A stretch of 56,214 bases of DNA. It comes from Candidatus Woesearchaeota archaeon (GTDB lineage: Archaea; Nanobdellota; Nanobdellia; Woesearchaeales; JBDRGA01). Below, in pieces: positions 36,597-45,998 of this stretch; position 1 is the first letter of the stretch, and each line of letters starts with the position of its first letter. The translations under genes and the position numbers were made by a program. The stretch is taken from contig JBDRGA010000046.1 of the NCBI GenBank assembly GCA_043818175.1, forward strand, positions 1-56,214, in the 5' to 3' direction. A model generated the notes under the pieces. The model was not told where the DNA came from, searched no databases, and saw only the letters and a list, made by a program, of their open reading frames with translations.

Positions 36597-37178
36597 CTAA
36601 ACACCCTTTACGTGGTGGAACAGTTTTGGCTGCTCAGAAGGTTGTTTTAATGCCAGGTACTCTTTAATTGTTCTGTGTAGACGGTAAGTGGTGGAGTAAA
36701 GATCGTCCTTGTGTTGTTTTATTATTTTGTTGTAGATTCTGTGCCTAAACAGCCAGTGGAAATGTTTCAAAATTGGGTGTTTTTGCATTCGTTCTAAGGG
36801 ATCAAGTCGAAGGTACGACGTTACTCGTATTATACCATCTCCTCTATTGGTGCTCACTTTGTGCCCTTCCACCATTACTTCCGCAGTGCCAAAATTAATG
36901 CCTTGGAAATTGATTTTTATGAAATACTCAAAATAGTCGTTGCCTGGCACTCTCTTTGCCCTCCACCATATATGAAAGTCCTTGTTGCCATTTGGATTTA
37001 CTCGTTCCCAATAAAGGTCCTCAACGTAGTCAGTGCCATCAAGATGTTTGAATCCCTCATCCTGAAGCCACATGTAAACTTGTTTGTAGAAGTTCTTCCA
37101 ATGATAAACGTCTTCGTGCTCAACTTCGAACCTCGCCACCTCTTCGTTGAGCTCTGAGTCGCTTACATTTCGGAACAT
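36597..37178 (-). CDS. Conserved hypothetical protein
   Basis: 193-aa ORF co-oriented with its neighbours; aromatic-rich alpha/beta pattern. Confidence 0.7.
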   Translation of the reverse strand: MFRNVSDSELNEEVARFEVEHEDVYHWKNFYKQVYMWLQDEGFKHLDGTDYVEDLYWERVNPNGNKDFHIWWRAKRVPGNDYFEYFIKINFQGINFGTAEVMVEGHKVSTNRGDGIIRVTSYLRLDPLERMQKHPILKHFHWLFRHRIYNKIIKQHKDDLYSTTYRLHRTIKEYLALKQPSEQPKLFHHVKGV

Positions 37179-37202
37179 ATTGTAATCAAGACACGGCAGG
37201 TT

Positions 37203-37910
37203 TTAAAGGTTTCGAGGCCAGCCTGAGCCACGACAGTGCGGATGCGTCACATGCTTAAGCACAAGCTTCGCAACAAAGAATGCAGGCATTGGTTTTGAGA
37301 CGACCTTTGCCCGTTTCGGCTTTCTAAGTGCTTCTAGTATTCCTTCTTTGGTTGGCTGTGCTTCAAGTTCCGTCCAAGTATACCCCATTTCAGCAAGATC
37401 GTGAGTATCGCTATTTCCTATCAGTGTTTTCTTGTGCAAAAGTGCCCATCTCTTTGCTTTCTCATTTGGAATGTTGTAAAACCACGTCCTGAAATGGTTG
37501 TACTCGACTGCATGAAACATTTTCTCGTAATCGTTGATTCCTGCTCCGATTGATGTTCCAAACGGATAAAATGGATGTGCAGCACAAATAACTGCATTAT
37601 TCTTTATTTCTTCAAGGTCATCGAGAGTTTTAATCTTCTTTCTTTCCTCATCTGTTATCCCGTAAACAAGTACATGGGGTCCAGCAGGCCATAACTCAAC
37701 ACCTGGAATCATAGTTATTCCTTTTGCCTTTGCATACTGCACCAAATCCAGCGGAAAATGAACCTTGCCGTGCAGCGTGAGAGAAATAACGTCCAGTTTC
37801 AACTGCTTTGCTCTGTCAACCAACTGCCTCGCAGAATACTGTGCCAGCTTCCCATGATGACCATGGCATGGATCTTCCTTGCTGTGATGATGTAAGTCTG
37901 CGTGGAGCAT
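37203..37910 (-). CDS. PHP-domain metal-dependent phosphoesterase
   Basis: DLHHHS, SLTLH, PGVEL, AAHPF and GNSDTH. Confidence 0.85.
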   Translation of the reverse strand: MLHADLHHHSKEDPCHGHHGKLAQYSARQLVDRAKQLKLDVISLTLHGKVHFPLDLVQYAKAKGITMIPGVELWPAGPHVLVYGITDEERKKIKTLDDLEEIKNNAVICAAHPFYPFGTSIGAGINDYEKMFHAVEYNHFRTWFYNIPNEKAKRWALLHKKTLIGNSDTHDLAEMGYTWTELEAQPTKEGILEALRKPKRAKVVSKPMPAFFVAKLVLKHVTHPHCRGSGWPRNL

Positions 37911-37947
37911 ACTAATGGTAGAAAACTGAAGTTTAAAAGATGCTCGG

Positions 37948-39029
37948 CTAAGGCAGCCAGCTCTTCTCGTCCTTTAGTTTCTCTGGAAGGTAAGTATCGA
38001 TAACGTAATTCAGACCCCAAGCAGCGAGTGCTTGTTGTTCTGCCCTTACCTTCATTTTCATGAGTTTTTCTATCGCATTTTCCCATTCCTTGTGGTGCTG
38101 TATGAACGGGTCGTCTTGATTCCATCCTTGATTCTCTTGATATCCACTTCCTTAAGAGGATGTGTCGGTAGTTTGTACTTGATGATGTCATCAGGGGTAA
38201 CCCCAAGGAATTTTGCATTGGGAACGCAGAAGTACTGGTTGATGTGCGCTGCATTACCAGATCCTACTTTGAACGTCCTGTAAATGTTGAGGAATCCGTA
38301 TGGGTCTCCGTCCGTAAATACGTACACAGGGAGTTTCATCTCATCGCTCAGCCTTCTGATGAATCGCCTACATGCTCTTGTTGGAACGCCCCCCATGCTA
38401 ACCAAGATGCAATTGGATTTCTTCCAGTAATTATGCTTTACGAGACGTTGGAACATACCCGCTGTTTCAATTGCAAGAATGAACTTGGCTTTCGTTTCAA
38501 ACGTTAATTCCTCTACACTTGAAGGTATTGAATATGCACCTGAGCCGAATTTTGTGCAGTCTATCCTTACTTCCTTTCCTGTTTCCGGGTCTTTATCTAT
38601 TACTATCAAAGCACCAGCTATATCTCCCCCTTTCTCCTCAGGAATAAAACCCAACTGCTCTCTGTTCACACCAAACATAGCCTCAACGTCATCCATTACT
38701 GTGTCGGATTCGGGTTGTTCGTTGAAGCGTGCCTCTCCCCAGTTTTTAGAAACGTAATATGCTTCCCTCTTTGTAGCTATATCGTTCGTCTCAACAAGTT
38801 GCTTGCTCAAACCCATCATTCGCAATGTTTGCGCGAATGTCTTAACTGTAGAAGCTGTTAGTGTTCTTTTCTTTTCGCCTTGTCCCAGTTGAAAGTAACC
38901 ACCTTTCTCGTTGTACGTTACATTGCTAAGGCTTCTTATGGGAGTGCTTATGCTGGGGCTTTTATTCTTCTTGATACTCTCGTAGATGAGCTTGGACGTA
39001 TCCTTGATTTTCTTTACAACATCACTCAT
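37948..39029 (-). CDS. top6A: DNA topoisomerase VI subunit A, interrupted by a 1-base frameshift near 38114
   Basis: TKREAYY (catalytic Tyr), AIETAGMF and FTDGDPYG. The conserved tail DPF...RAEQQALAAWGL.YV...YLPEKL continues in another frame to a stop at 37948. Start overlaps the top6B stop. Confidence 0.92.
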
Positions 39030-40683
39030 CGTCGTCCTCCCTTTCTTCCTTGCCGATTTTTGCGAATTCGGCATCGTATTCCTCATTAACTGTTGGATCA
39101 AAGTCTACCTTGTCAAGTTTTCCACGCTGTTTCTCAAGCAATTCTTCCAGTTGGTCTTCTAACGCTTTCTTTTCCTGTTCTGGCAGCCCAAGAATTTCCT
39201 GCAATGCCGCAGCAAGATGTGGAATGTACTTTTCTATGTATCCTCTTTTCTTCAGCTCTTCCTTCACTCTGTGTTTTTTCTTTACGTAGCTCGCAAGTTT
39301 CCTGCCTGCTTCCTGCAAAGCCAGTTTCATCTCCTTTATGATTTCGGGATAATGTGCAATTGCTTCCTTTGATTCTGATGTGAAAGGAACCCATACAGAT
39401 GCAATACTTACTGCAATGGTAAGTGGGCCCACGGGCAGAGAACCTTGACTTTGATTTAATCCGTATGATTTCCATGATGTTCCCATTACTGCCTTTGTCA
39501 CGGCACAAGCTCCTTGCTGGAAAAGTAAAGGTACTCTATTTGCGAATCTTATTAGTCTGGCTTGCTTGTCTCCTGGTTGGTCTCCTCCGTATGCCAGACC
39601 AACTTCAATAACAAATGGATTTCCCCGGTAAACCGCAGGACTTCTTGATACTGCACAGTAGAACTCCGCATTGATTTCCTTTCTCAATCCCTTTTCGAGT
39701 TGTTCTGAGCCAATTGGCGAGATACAGTCTGTGGGGGGAGCCATCAGTTTTGTTTCCTTGATTCCCTTCATCAGTTGCTCTGCATTCTCCCTGCTCATTT
39801 CCTTTGGCTTCGTATTTGGAAGTAGTCTGGCATTCTCGCATATTTGTTTAGCTGCTTGTGCTCCAACTCTTGAAAATTCAGTTGTCAGGAAACTTTGCAA
39901 AGTTCTGGCTTCAGTATGTTGTAACATATCCCATAAATAACCTAACTCTACTCCTTCTGGATGTGGTTTGATTTCTTCCGGTTGCGGAGGTAGTTGGTTT
40001 ACTGCTCTTGCGAATATTATCTGTTCTGCTTTTGGATTCGTGTAAATAATAGTAACGTGAGGGTTGGAGATTGCCGTTTCTTTCAAGTATTCATCAATAC
40101 TTTGAGAGCCACCTTGATATGATGCCTCTAGGTCCAATTCAATCTTTGTCCCGTGCGCTTTCTCGTCCCACGCAACGTCCTCTTCCGAAACAATTTCTGC
40201 GTCGTTCTTCTTTGTGTCTAACCTTAGTTCGAATGCGTGAGCAAGCTTATGCCCCTTGACTTTGCTAAGAATCTTCGCGCTTCTTCCCGTTGTTAGTTGC
40301 GCGTACATTACTGAAGCTGAAATGCCTATTCCCTGCTGGCCTCTTGATTGACGTAATCTGTGAAACTTGCTTCCATAGAGTAATTTAGCAAAAATCTTGG
40401 GAATCTGTGCTTTTACGATTCCAGGACCATTGTCTTCCACTATTACCCTGAATCGTTCATTAGTCATATCAATAACTTCAACTAGGACTTCAGGCATGAT
40501 TCCTGCTTCCTCGCACGCATCTAGAGAGTTATCTACCGCTTCCTTGATCGTGGTCATCAGGGCTTTTCGTTTGTTATCAAAACCCAGAAGATGTCTGTTT
40601 CTTGCAAAGAACTCAGCTACACCTATATCTCGTTGCTTGGCCGCCATCTCGTCGGCAGTAAGCCCTTGTTGACCGTTTGGCAT
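39022..40683 (-). CDS. top6B: DNA topoisomerase VI subunit B
   Basis: GHKL motifs IKEAVDNSLDA, EDNGPGI and SRGQQGIGISA; RFANRVPLL; PFTSESKEA. Confidence 0.97.
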   Translation of the reverse strand: MPNGQQGLTADEMAAKQRDIGVAEFFARNRHLLGFDNKRKALMTTIKEAVDNSLDACEEAGIMPEVLVEVIDMTNERFRVIVEDNGPGIVKAQIPKIFAKLLYGSKFHRLRQSRGQQGIGISASVMYAQLTTGRSAKILSKVKGHKLAHAFELRLDTKKNDAEIVSEEDVAWDEKAHGTKIELDLEASYQGGSQSIDEYLKETAISNPHVTIIYTNPKAEQIIFARAVNQLPPQPEEIKPHPEGVELGYLWDMLQHTEARTLQSFLTTEFSRVGAQAAKQICENARLLPNTKPKEMSRENAEQLMKGIKETKLMAPPTDCISPIGSEQLEKGLRKEINAEFYCAVSRSPAVYRGNPFVIEVGLAYGGDQPGDKQARLIRFANRVPLLFQQGACAVTKAVMGTSWKSYGLNQSQGSLPVGPLTIAVSIASVWVPFTSESKEAIAHYPEIIKEMKLALQEAGRKLASYVKKKHRVKEELKKRGYIEKYIPHLAAALQEILGLPEQEKKALEDQLEELLEKQRGKLDKVDFDPTVNEEYDAEFAKIGKEEREDDDE

Positions 40684-40769
40684 GAATGTGCCGCCCCAGG
40701 ACGATTATTAAGCTTTGTGGTCAGAAGCAAGGCATAACCTTTAAAAACCCCTCTCGTTTCCCTCAAAAC

Positions 40770-41366
40770 ATGGAAATGAAGGCGTTCAACCGCTGGAGCA
40801 CTGAGGGTATTAAGGTAGACGACCCTGGCCTCGTAAGGTACATCCAGATTCAGCCTCGAATAGTTCCAAGGTCTGGCGCAAAGTATGCAGGCCGTGATTT
40901 CCATAAGAGCAGAACTTTCATTGTTGAAAGGCTCATGAACAAGCTTATGGGAACGGGACACAAGGGAAAGAAGCACGTTACCAGTTCAGGTCACAACACA
41001 GGACAAGGTTTGAACGCTTATGCAATTACTGAGAAAACGCTTGGTATCATCGAAACCAAGACCAAGGAAAACCCAATCAAGATTCTTGTTAAAGCTATTG
41101 AGAACGCAGCTCCTCGTGAGGAAATCATAACGATTGAGTATGGTGGTGCGCGTTATCCAAAAGCAGTTGAGTGCGCACCCCAAAGACGCGTCGACATTGC
41201 ATTAAGGCAGATGACTCAGGGTGCAGCGCAGAAGAGCTTCAAGTCCAAACGCGTTATCGAAGAAACTTTGGCAGAAGAAATAATCAACGCATTCAATATG
41301 AACGGTGCTTCTCAGGCAATCTCTAAGAAGCTCGAGACGGAAAGACAGGCGGACTCGAGTCGTTAG
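40770..41366 (+). CDS. rps7: 30S ribosomal protein S7 (uS7)
   Basis: IVERLMNKL, AIENAAPREE...YGGARY..AV..AP.RRVD.ALR and ERQADSSR. Start at 40770 is 30 nt after TTTAAAA. Confidence 0.96.
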   Translation: MEMKAFNRWSTEGIKVDDPGLVRYIQIQPRIVPRSGAKYAGRDFHKSRTFIVERLMNKLMGTGHKGKKHVTSSGHNTGQGLNAYAITEKTLGIIETKTKENPIKILVKAIENAAPREEIITIEYGGARYPKAVECAPQRRVDIALRQMTQGAAQKSFKSKRVIEETLAEEIINAFNMNGASQAISKKLETERQADSSR

Positions 41367-41437
41367 GTCTGTTTACTCACTAATTCAACTTCTGAGAGCC
41401 AACATTTATATACACATTTCTACTCACCAATAGTAAT

Positions 41438-42073
41438 ATGGGAATAATCAACTCAGCAAGAAACAATCTGTTTGGCGGCAGAAAACGAATGGCGCTCACA
41501 GCATTACTGACAGCAGCCACACTCTATGGCACTTACTCTGCAAACGGAGGAGGGTTTCCACCTTTTTCCGTTCACAAGAACCAAAATTCTGCAGGAATCT
41601 GTATGGCGCCAAGAGTCGAAATCTCAGAAGGTTCGACGTTTTATGGCATTGTTTTGTCTGGTTACAATGTCAACAATGGCAAAGTAATTGGATTGAACCT
41701 TAACCTGGCAGGGGGCCATGGTGCCAAGGGAGAAATGAGGGGTCTGGAATTCAGCGTGATAGGCAATTTAGAAGACAACAAAATAAATCTAGACTCAACT
41801 CTCTTTGATGACATGACGCCAAAGCATAATTACACTGTGAATGGAGTGAATGTTGGACTAATGGTGGCTCGTGCTGGAACGGTCAATGGAGTACAGAGCG
41901 CATTGTTTGACAACACCGCACGAACGCTGAATGGTATTCAACCCTCGCTAATCTCTTCAAAAGCAGAACAAGGTACATATGGACAAATTGGCATAGAATG
42001 CAAACAAGGAGATGCAGCACACCGAACGCATTCATTTGTGATAGGCGGCGACTTGCCCGACCTGCTCAAATAG
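41438..42073 (+). CDS. Exported protein with Gly/Asn-rich short repeats (LA_2272-like)
   Basis: N-terminal hydrophobic segment; repeated V/I-N-G-V/L/I-Q/N units. Confidence 0.55.
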   Translation: MGIINSARNNLFGGRKRMALTALLTAATLYGTYSANGGGFPPFSVHKNQNSAGICMAPRVEISEGSTFYGIVLSGYNVNNGKVIGLNLNLAGGHGAKGEMRGLEFSVIGNLEDNKINLDSTLFDDMTPKHNYTVNGVNVGLMVARAGTVNGVQSALFDNTARTLNGIQPSLISSKAEQGTYGQIGIECKQGDAAHRTHSFVIGGDLPDLLK

Positions 42074-42095
42074 AATGCCAAGCAGACAGAAGTAA

Positions 42096-42464
42096 TCAAG
42101 CAACAAACTCAACGTTCTTCATGTCTTTGAATGCTTTGTCTCCTGTGAGGAACTTTATGCCTAGTCTTCTCGCTGTTTCGTATCCTATGCAGTCTGCCAT
42201 GCTGAGCTTCTTCTTTTTATGAACGAACTTCAGTTTTGCTGCGCGTAACACGTCGCTTGTGAGCATATTTCTTACTAGGTGTTCGTAACCACCAGTAACT
42301 GCATAAGCCGCTGTCTCGTTCTGTGTTCTTAAAACGTAGAAGAAAAGTTCAAAGATATTCACTTGAGTCAAGACAGCTTCGCAACCAGCATATTGCTTAT
42401 AGTTTGGATTACCCAAAATCAATTCAATAAGAGCATACGTATCAACATAATAAGATTCAGTCAT
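42096..42464 (-). CDS. vapC: PIN-domain toxin (VapC family)
   Basis: YVDTYALIE...NIFEL...LSMADCIGYETA...FLTGDKAF. Confidence 0.9.
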   Translation of the reverse strand: MTESYYVDTYALIELILGNPNYKQYAGCEAVLTQVNIFELFFYVLRTQNETAAYAVTGGYEHLVRNMLTSDVLRAAKLKFVHKKKKLSMADCIGYETARRLGIKFLTGDKAFKDMKNVEFVA

Positions 42465-42684
42465 CGTAAAGTTCTTTGTCCATTTCATCCAATATCTGCT
42501 GGGTTGACTTGCCTTTAGGTCTCTTTATCATTCCGAACATTTCTTTGGGAATTCTTCCCGGCTTCACTATTAGCAAGGTGTTAGGCTTATCCAATTCAAT
42601 CCCTTCAGCATCCACTAATTCTTTAGGGAGGATAATTCCCACACTGTTTCCCCATTTTCTAGGTGTCACATCACAGGTTGTCAT
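42457..42684 (-). CDS. AbrB/MazE-type antitoxin
   Basis: RKWGNSVGIILPKELV; start moved to the ATG at 42684. Confidence 0.88.
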   Translation of the reverse strand: MTTCDVTPRKWGNSVGIILPKELVDAEGIELDKPNTLLIVKPGRIPKEMFGMIKRPKGKSTQQILDEMDKELYDD

Positions 42685-42751
42685 GTTTAGACAAAGTATA
42701 ATATCTTTATATGTGTTTCGGCTTAGATTCTGAAGATTTTCCAGAACAACA

Positions 42752-43420
42752 CTATTTCTTCGAAGCTTCAATAGCTAGATACAGTCCCTTTTCGCTTGTC
42801 TCTGCCTTGCCCATTCTCGTAACTGACTGAATCGTGAACCCTGCCTCCTTGATTGCCTTTTCTATTTGTTCTTTGCTGTGAAGATACAGGGTTGTATCAG
42901 TAAGCGTTTTTCCTTGGCCTAGGTCAAACGTACCAGTAAGAAGATTGCCATTGACTTCATAGTGAGAATAAAACGTTTTGCGCTCTTCGTATGTTTCTGG
43001 ATTAGCAGTAATTACAAGCATCTTTCCGCCTTTCTTCAGAACGCGATACATCTCTTCAGCTACCTTGTTCAAATTTTCTAGATGCGACCATACCCAGATT
43101 GACATGACCGCATCAACCGAATCATCTCCAAGAGGAATTAAGTACGCATCTCCAAGGATGAACTGTTTGTTGTACTCTGGATATATTTCATGAGCTCTTT
43201 CTAGCAAAGACTCAGATGGCTCCACACCCACGTACTCAGTTTTCTCGTCGACAAGAGCAGAGCAAGCTCCCTGACCGCAACCAATGTCTGCAACTGCTTC
43301 CGGCTTAATGTTATTCAGCCATTTCTTGATGAAGGGGAATATCTCAGTCTCTCTAGTCCCCTCAGAGTTCGGTGTTTCCACCCACTCAACCCATTCGTCT
43401 GAAAGCTTTTTGTTGTACAT
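42752..43420 (-). CDS. Class I SAM-dependent methyltransferase
   Basis: VADIGCGQG, GVEPS, GDAYLIPL.DDSVD and RVLKKGG. Confidence 0.88.
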   Translation of the reverse strand: MYNKKLSDEWVEWVETPNSEGTRETEIFPFIKKWLNNIKPEAVADIGCGQGACSALVDEKTEYVGVEPSESLLERAHEIYPEYNKQFILGDAYLIPLGDDSVDAVMSIWVWSHLENLNKVAEEMYRVLKKGGKMLVITANPETYEERKTFYSHYEVNGNLLTGTFDLGQGKTLTDTTLYLHSKEQIEKAIKEAGFTIQSVTRMGKAETSEKGLYLAIEASKK

Positions 43421-43482
43421 ACGACCAGCTCCCAGTACATTGATTCACACGTACCTTTTAACGTTTACGTTGCAATGTCTAA

Positions 43483-44130
43483 TCAACCACGCGCAATGGC
43501 CTGAATTGCTCTTGGTATGTCTGAAGCTGCATTCACCAGAACCAGTTGTTTGGGCATAATATCTTTTGTATACCCCCAACCGTACTCAACTAGAATTATG
43601 TTCTTTAGGCCTGCTTTCGTGCCTTCCTCGAAGTCGATGCTCCTGTCCCCAATTAGGACTACCACATCAGGCTTCATGCCTCTCTCTTTCAGAAAATCCC
43701 GTATGAGCTTGTCCTTCCTAATTCCCTGCTGACCATCTCTTGCAATCACTCTTGAGAAGAACTGCGCAAGTCCGTACCGCTGAAGCTTGTCGTTGATTTC
43801 ATCGCTATGTGTGGAGGATAAGATTACCAGTTCATAGTCCTGCAGTTGCTGCAACGCTTCCCTGATGCCAGGGAACAATGGAGGCGTTGCCTTCAATATC
43901 TCTTCCCTGTAGAACTTGCTTGTTTCTCTTTCATGTAAATCTCTAATGCCCAGCACATTCTGCACATGATGATGGTCTTGTCCCCTCCAAAGGTCCCTGA
44001 ATTCCTCATTGGTTGCAGGGTACGTGCCGCCGAATCTTGCACACATTTCCCTATAAATCTTGCAAAGGTTGGGAAACGTGTCAACAATCACGCCATCGTA
44101 GTCGAAGAGGATTACTTTTATTTCCATCAC
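43483..44130 (-). CDS. HAD-superfamily hydrolase
   Basis: LFDYDGVIVDT, VILSS, K and LIGDRSID motifs I-IV. Confidence 0.9.
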   Translation of the reverse strand: MMEIKVILFDYDGVIVDTFPNLCKIYREMCARFGGTYPATNEEFRDLWRGQDHHHVQNVLGIRDLHERETSKFYREEILKATPPLFPGIREALQQLQDYELVILSSTHSDEINDKLQRYGLAQFFSRVIARDGQQGIRKDKLIRDFLKERGMKPDVVVLIGDRSIDFEEGTKAGLKNIILVEYGWGYTKDIMPKQLVLVNAASDIPRAIQAIARG

Positions 44131-44230
44131 AAGTAATATCCATAGTCATTTATATAAATTGTTCAGTACATGGAAGGAAACAAATGGACATACCTGATAT
44201 TCTTAACAACATAAATAATCGGAAAATCTT

Positions 44231-44617
44231 TCAGGATTCACCGCTCGGCTTTTCTGTCGGAATAAAGAGAATAAAACCTCTTAACCCAAGAGGAATGGTG
44301 CCTGAGGTTACACGTGCGTATTCCGTGGTTGGTTTAGCTTTGGGAACAAGTCTAATGTGACCAGTGGCGCTATGCCCCCCAAACGCTGCATTATATGTCT
44401 GCCTAGTTTGTTCAGGTATCAGTCCATACTTCTTATCCGCACCAGTTAATACCTGGCCAAGATTATCGCCCACTATCACGACTCGATACCATTCATCGGG
44501 TGCCACAATTGCAGATTCTGTTTGTGTGGCTGGGCTAATCTCAGTTGCCCCAGGTCCCTCAAAGATAAGCTGTACAACGTCCCCAATATTGTAACCCTCA
44601 TCAGTCGTGCGTTCCAT
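44231..44617 (-). CDS. Hypothetical protein
   Basis: 128-aa ORF with TATA about 28-30 nt upstream. Confidence 0.55.
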   Translation of the reverse strand: MERTTDEGYNIGDVVQLIFEGPGATEISPATQTESAIVAPDEWYRVVIVGDNLGQVLTGADKKYGLIPEQTRQTYNAAFGGHSATGHIRLVPKAKPTTEYARVTSGTIPLGLRGFILFIPTEKPSGES

Positions 44618-44723
44618 GGCTCAAGGGAGATATCACATTAAATATAAGCTTTGCCATGAACAGCGGCAGTTCCAATGGACAAACGCAGGCATAGTTAATC
44701 CAAAGAATACCATTCGTTCCAGG

Positions 44724-45281
44724 TCAAAGAGAAGTACCACCTGAATGAACTATGGGTACGTGCGGCGCAATCGCCCGTATCTGCAAATTATCATTAGGAA
44801 AGTCCACTAGCCTAAATATATTCCTCAACTCAGAATGTATTATCACCTGATAACAGAGAGACGAACCAGGTTCGATGCGGTACCTCAGAGCGACTGCACG
44901 CGAGTAAGAACGGTGCCTGGAGTATTTGAGTTCCAGGTGAGGAAGAGGCGTGTCAGGTTTCAAGACTTGTTCAAGCACGTTTGTGTAGCCCATCTTTCTG
45001 TGCACGGGTGGCATTCTTCTCAGGTCTTTCACAACCAAGTCATCCCATCCTCTCAACTTTTCTCCCCGCAAAGTAGGGTACGAGATTTCGTACGCGTGTG
45101 ATTGAAATATAAAGTCCTCAAACACGACTATCATGTCCGGCTCTAGAAGTGAGTTTTCTATGAGAGCCGGGTGGAATGCATGCGTTGTTTCCTTGGCAGT
45201 CATACCTTCATACCATTTACCAATCAATGTGTCATACTCTGCCTTGTCAAAAGGCCTTATGTGAAAGTCAGCGGGTAGCAT
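44724..45281 (-). CDS. Hypothetical protein
   Basis: 185-aa ORF overlapping the dph2 stop. Confidence 0.55.
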   Translation of the reverse strand: MLPADFHIRPFDKAEYDTLIGKWYEGMTAKETTHAFHPALIENSLLEPDMIVVFEDFIFQSHAYEISYPTLRGEKLRGWDDLVVKDLRRMPPVHRKMGYTNVLEQVLKPDTPLPHLELKYSRHRSYSRAVALRYRIEPGSSLCYQVIIHSELRNIFRLVDFPNDNLQIRAIAPHVPIVHSGGTSL

Positions 45282-45972
45282 TTTCAGAACTCCTTCCTTT
45301 CACACTACTAAAACTACTCAACCCCAATTCATCCAAGTCAACAATCGGCCTCGGAATCTTAACAGTATCTTCATATGCTATTCTAGGACATGCAGTATTA
45401 ACAAAAACTTCACAGAACGGGAAGTCCTCCAATGATTGAAGGTTGAATGTGTTATCTGTTAAGAAGTAGAAGTTCTTGTCAGGATACTTTTCTTTGAGTT
45501 GTAAGGCGTTCCTTATTCTTGTCTGGCCTGGTTTTGTTGTAACGAGCACACCAACATTCTTTGCCATTAAGAATGCAGACATTGCTGCCTGCCTTTGCTT
45601 CTTCATCTTCTCAACGTGCGCTTTATCAACAATGCCATGCGCGTTGTTGAACGGATTGTAATAATAAACGGGCTTGTTGTTCTTCAGCATTAGTGCATGT
45701 GGATGAAACAACCCATCACCAACGTAGAAGAAAGCAGGAACATCAAATTCATCAACATTGCAACCATAGAGTTGCCCTAAATATTGCGTATGTCTCGTCT
45801 CAGAAAGCACGGGCTTCTTGCCTGCATCTTCCAACTGCTTCTGGATTTCTTCAAGCTGGTGTATGAATTGAACCGTCGTAAACAATCCGAAATCAACAGG
45901 CAGCTCGTCAAGTACTTCTTTGGGCAAAACTATCTTGCCAGTGTACCTCACCTCTGCGTGAATAATTTTCAT
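45268..45972 (-). CDS. dph2: Diphthamide synthesis protein (Dph2 family, short form)
   Basis: GLFTTVQF, GQLYGC, YVGDGLFH, GVLVTTKPGQ and NTACPRI. Confidence 0.88.
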   Translation of the reverse strand: MKIIHAEVRYTGKIVLPKEVLDELPVDFGLFTTVQFIHQLEEIQKQLEDAGKKPVLSETRHTQYLGQLYGCNVDEFDVPAFFYVGDGLFHPHALMLKNNKPVYYYNPFNNAHGIVDKAHVEKMKKQRQAAMSAFLMAKNVGVLVTTKPGQTRIRNALQLKEKYPDKNFYFLTDNTFNLQSLEDFPFCEVFVNTACPRIAYEDTVKIPRPIVDLDELGLSSFSSVKGRSSENATR

Positions 45973-45998
45973 GGTAAGAAGAAAAAATGATTAAAAAA

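Noticed and set aside
38105-38125. Programmed ribosomal frameshift in top6A
   Set aside because: No slippery heptamer or obvious stimulatory structure; an indel explains it more simply.
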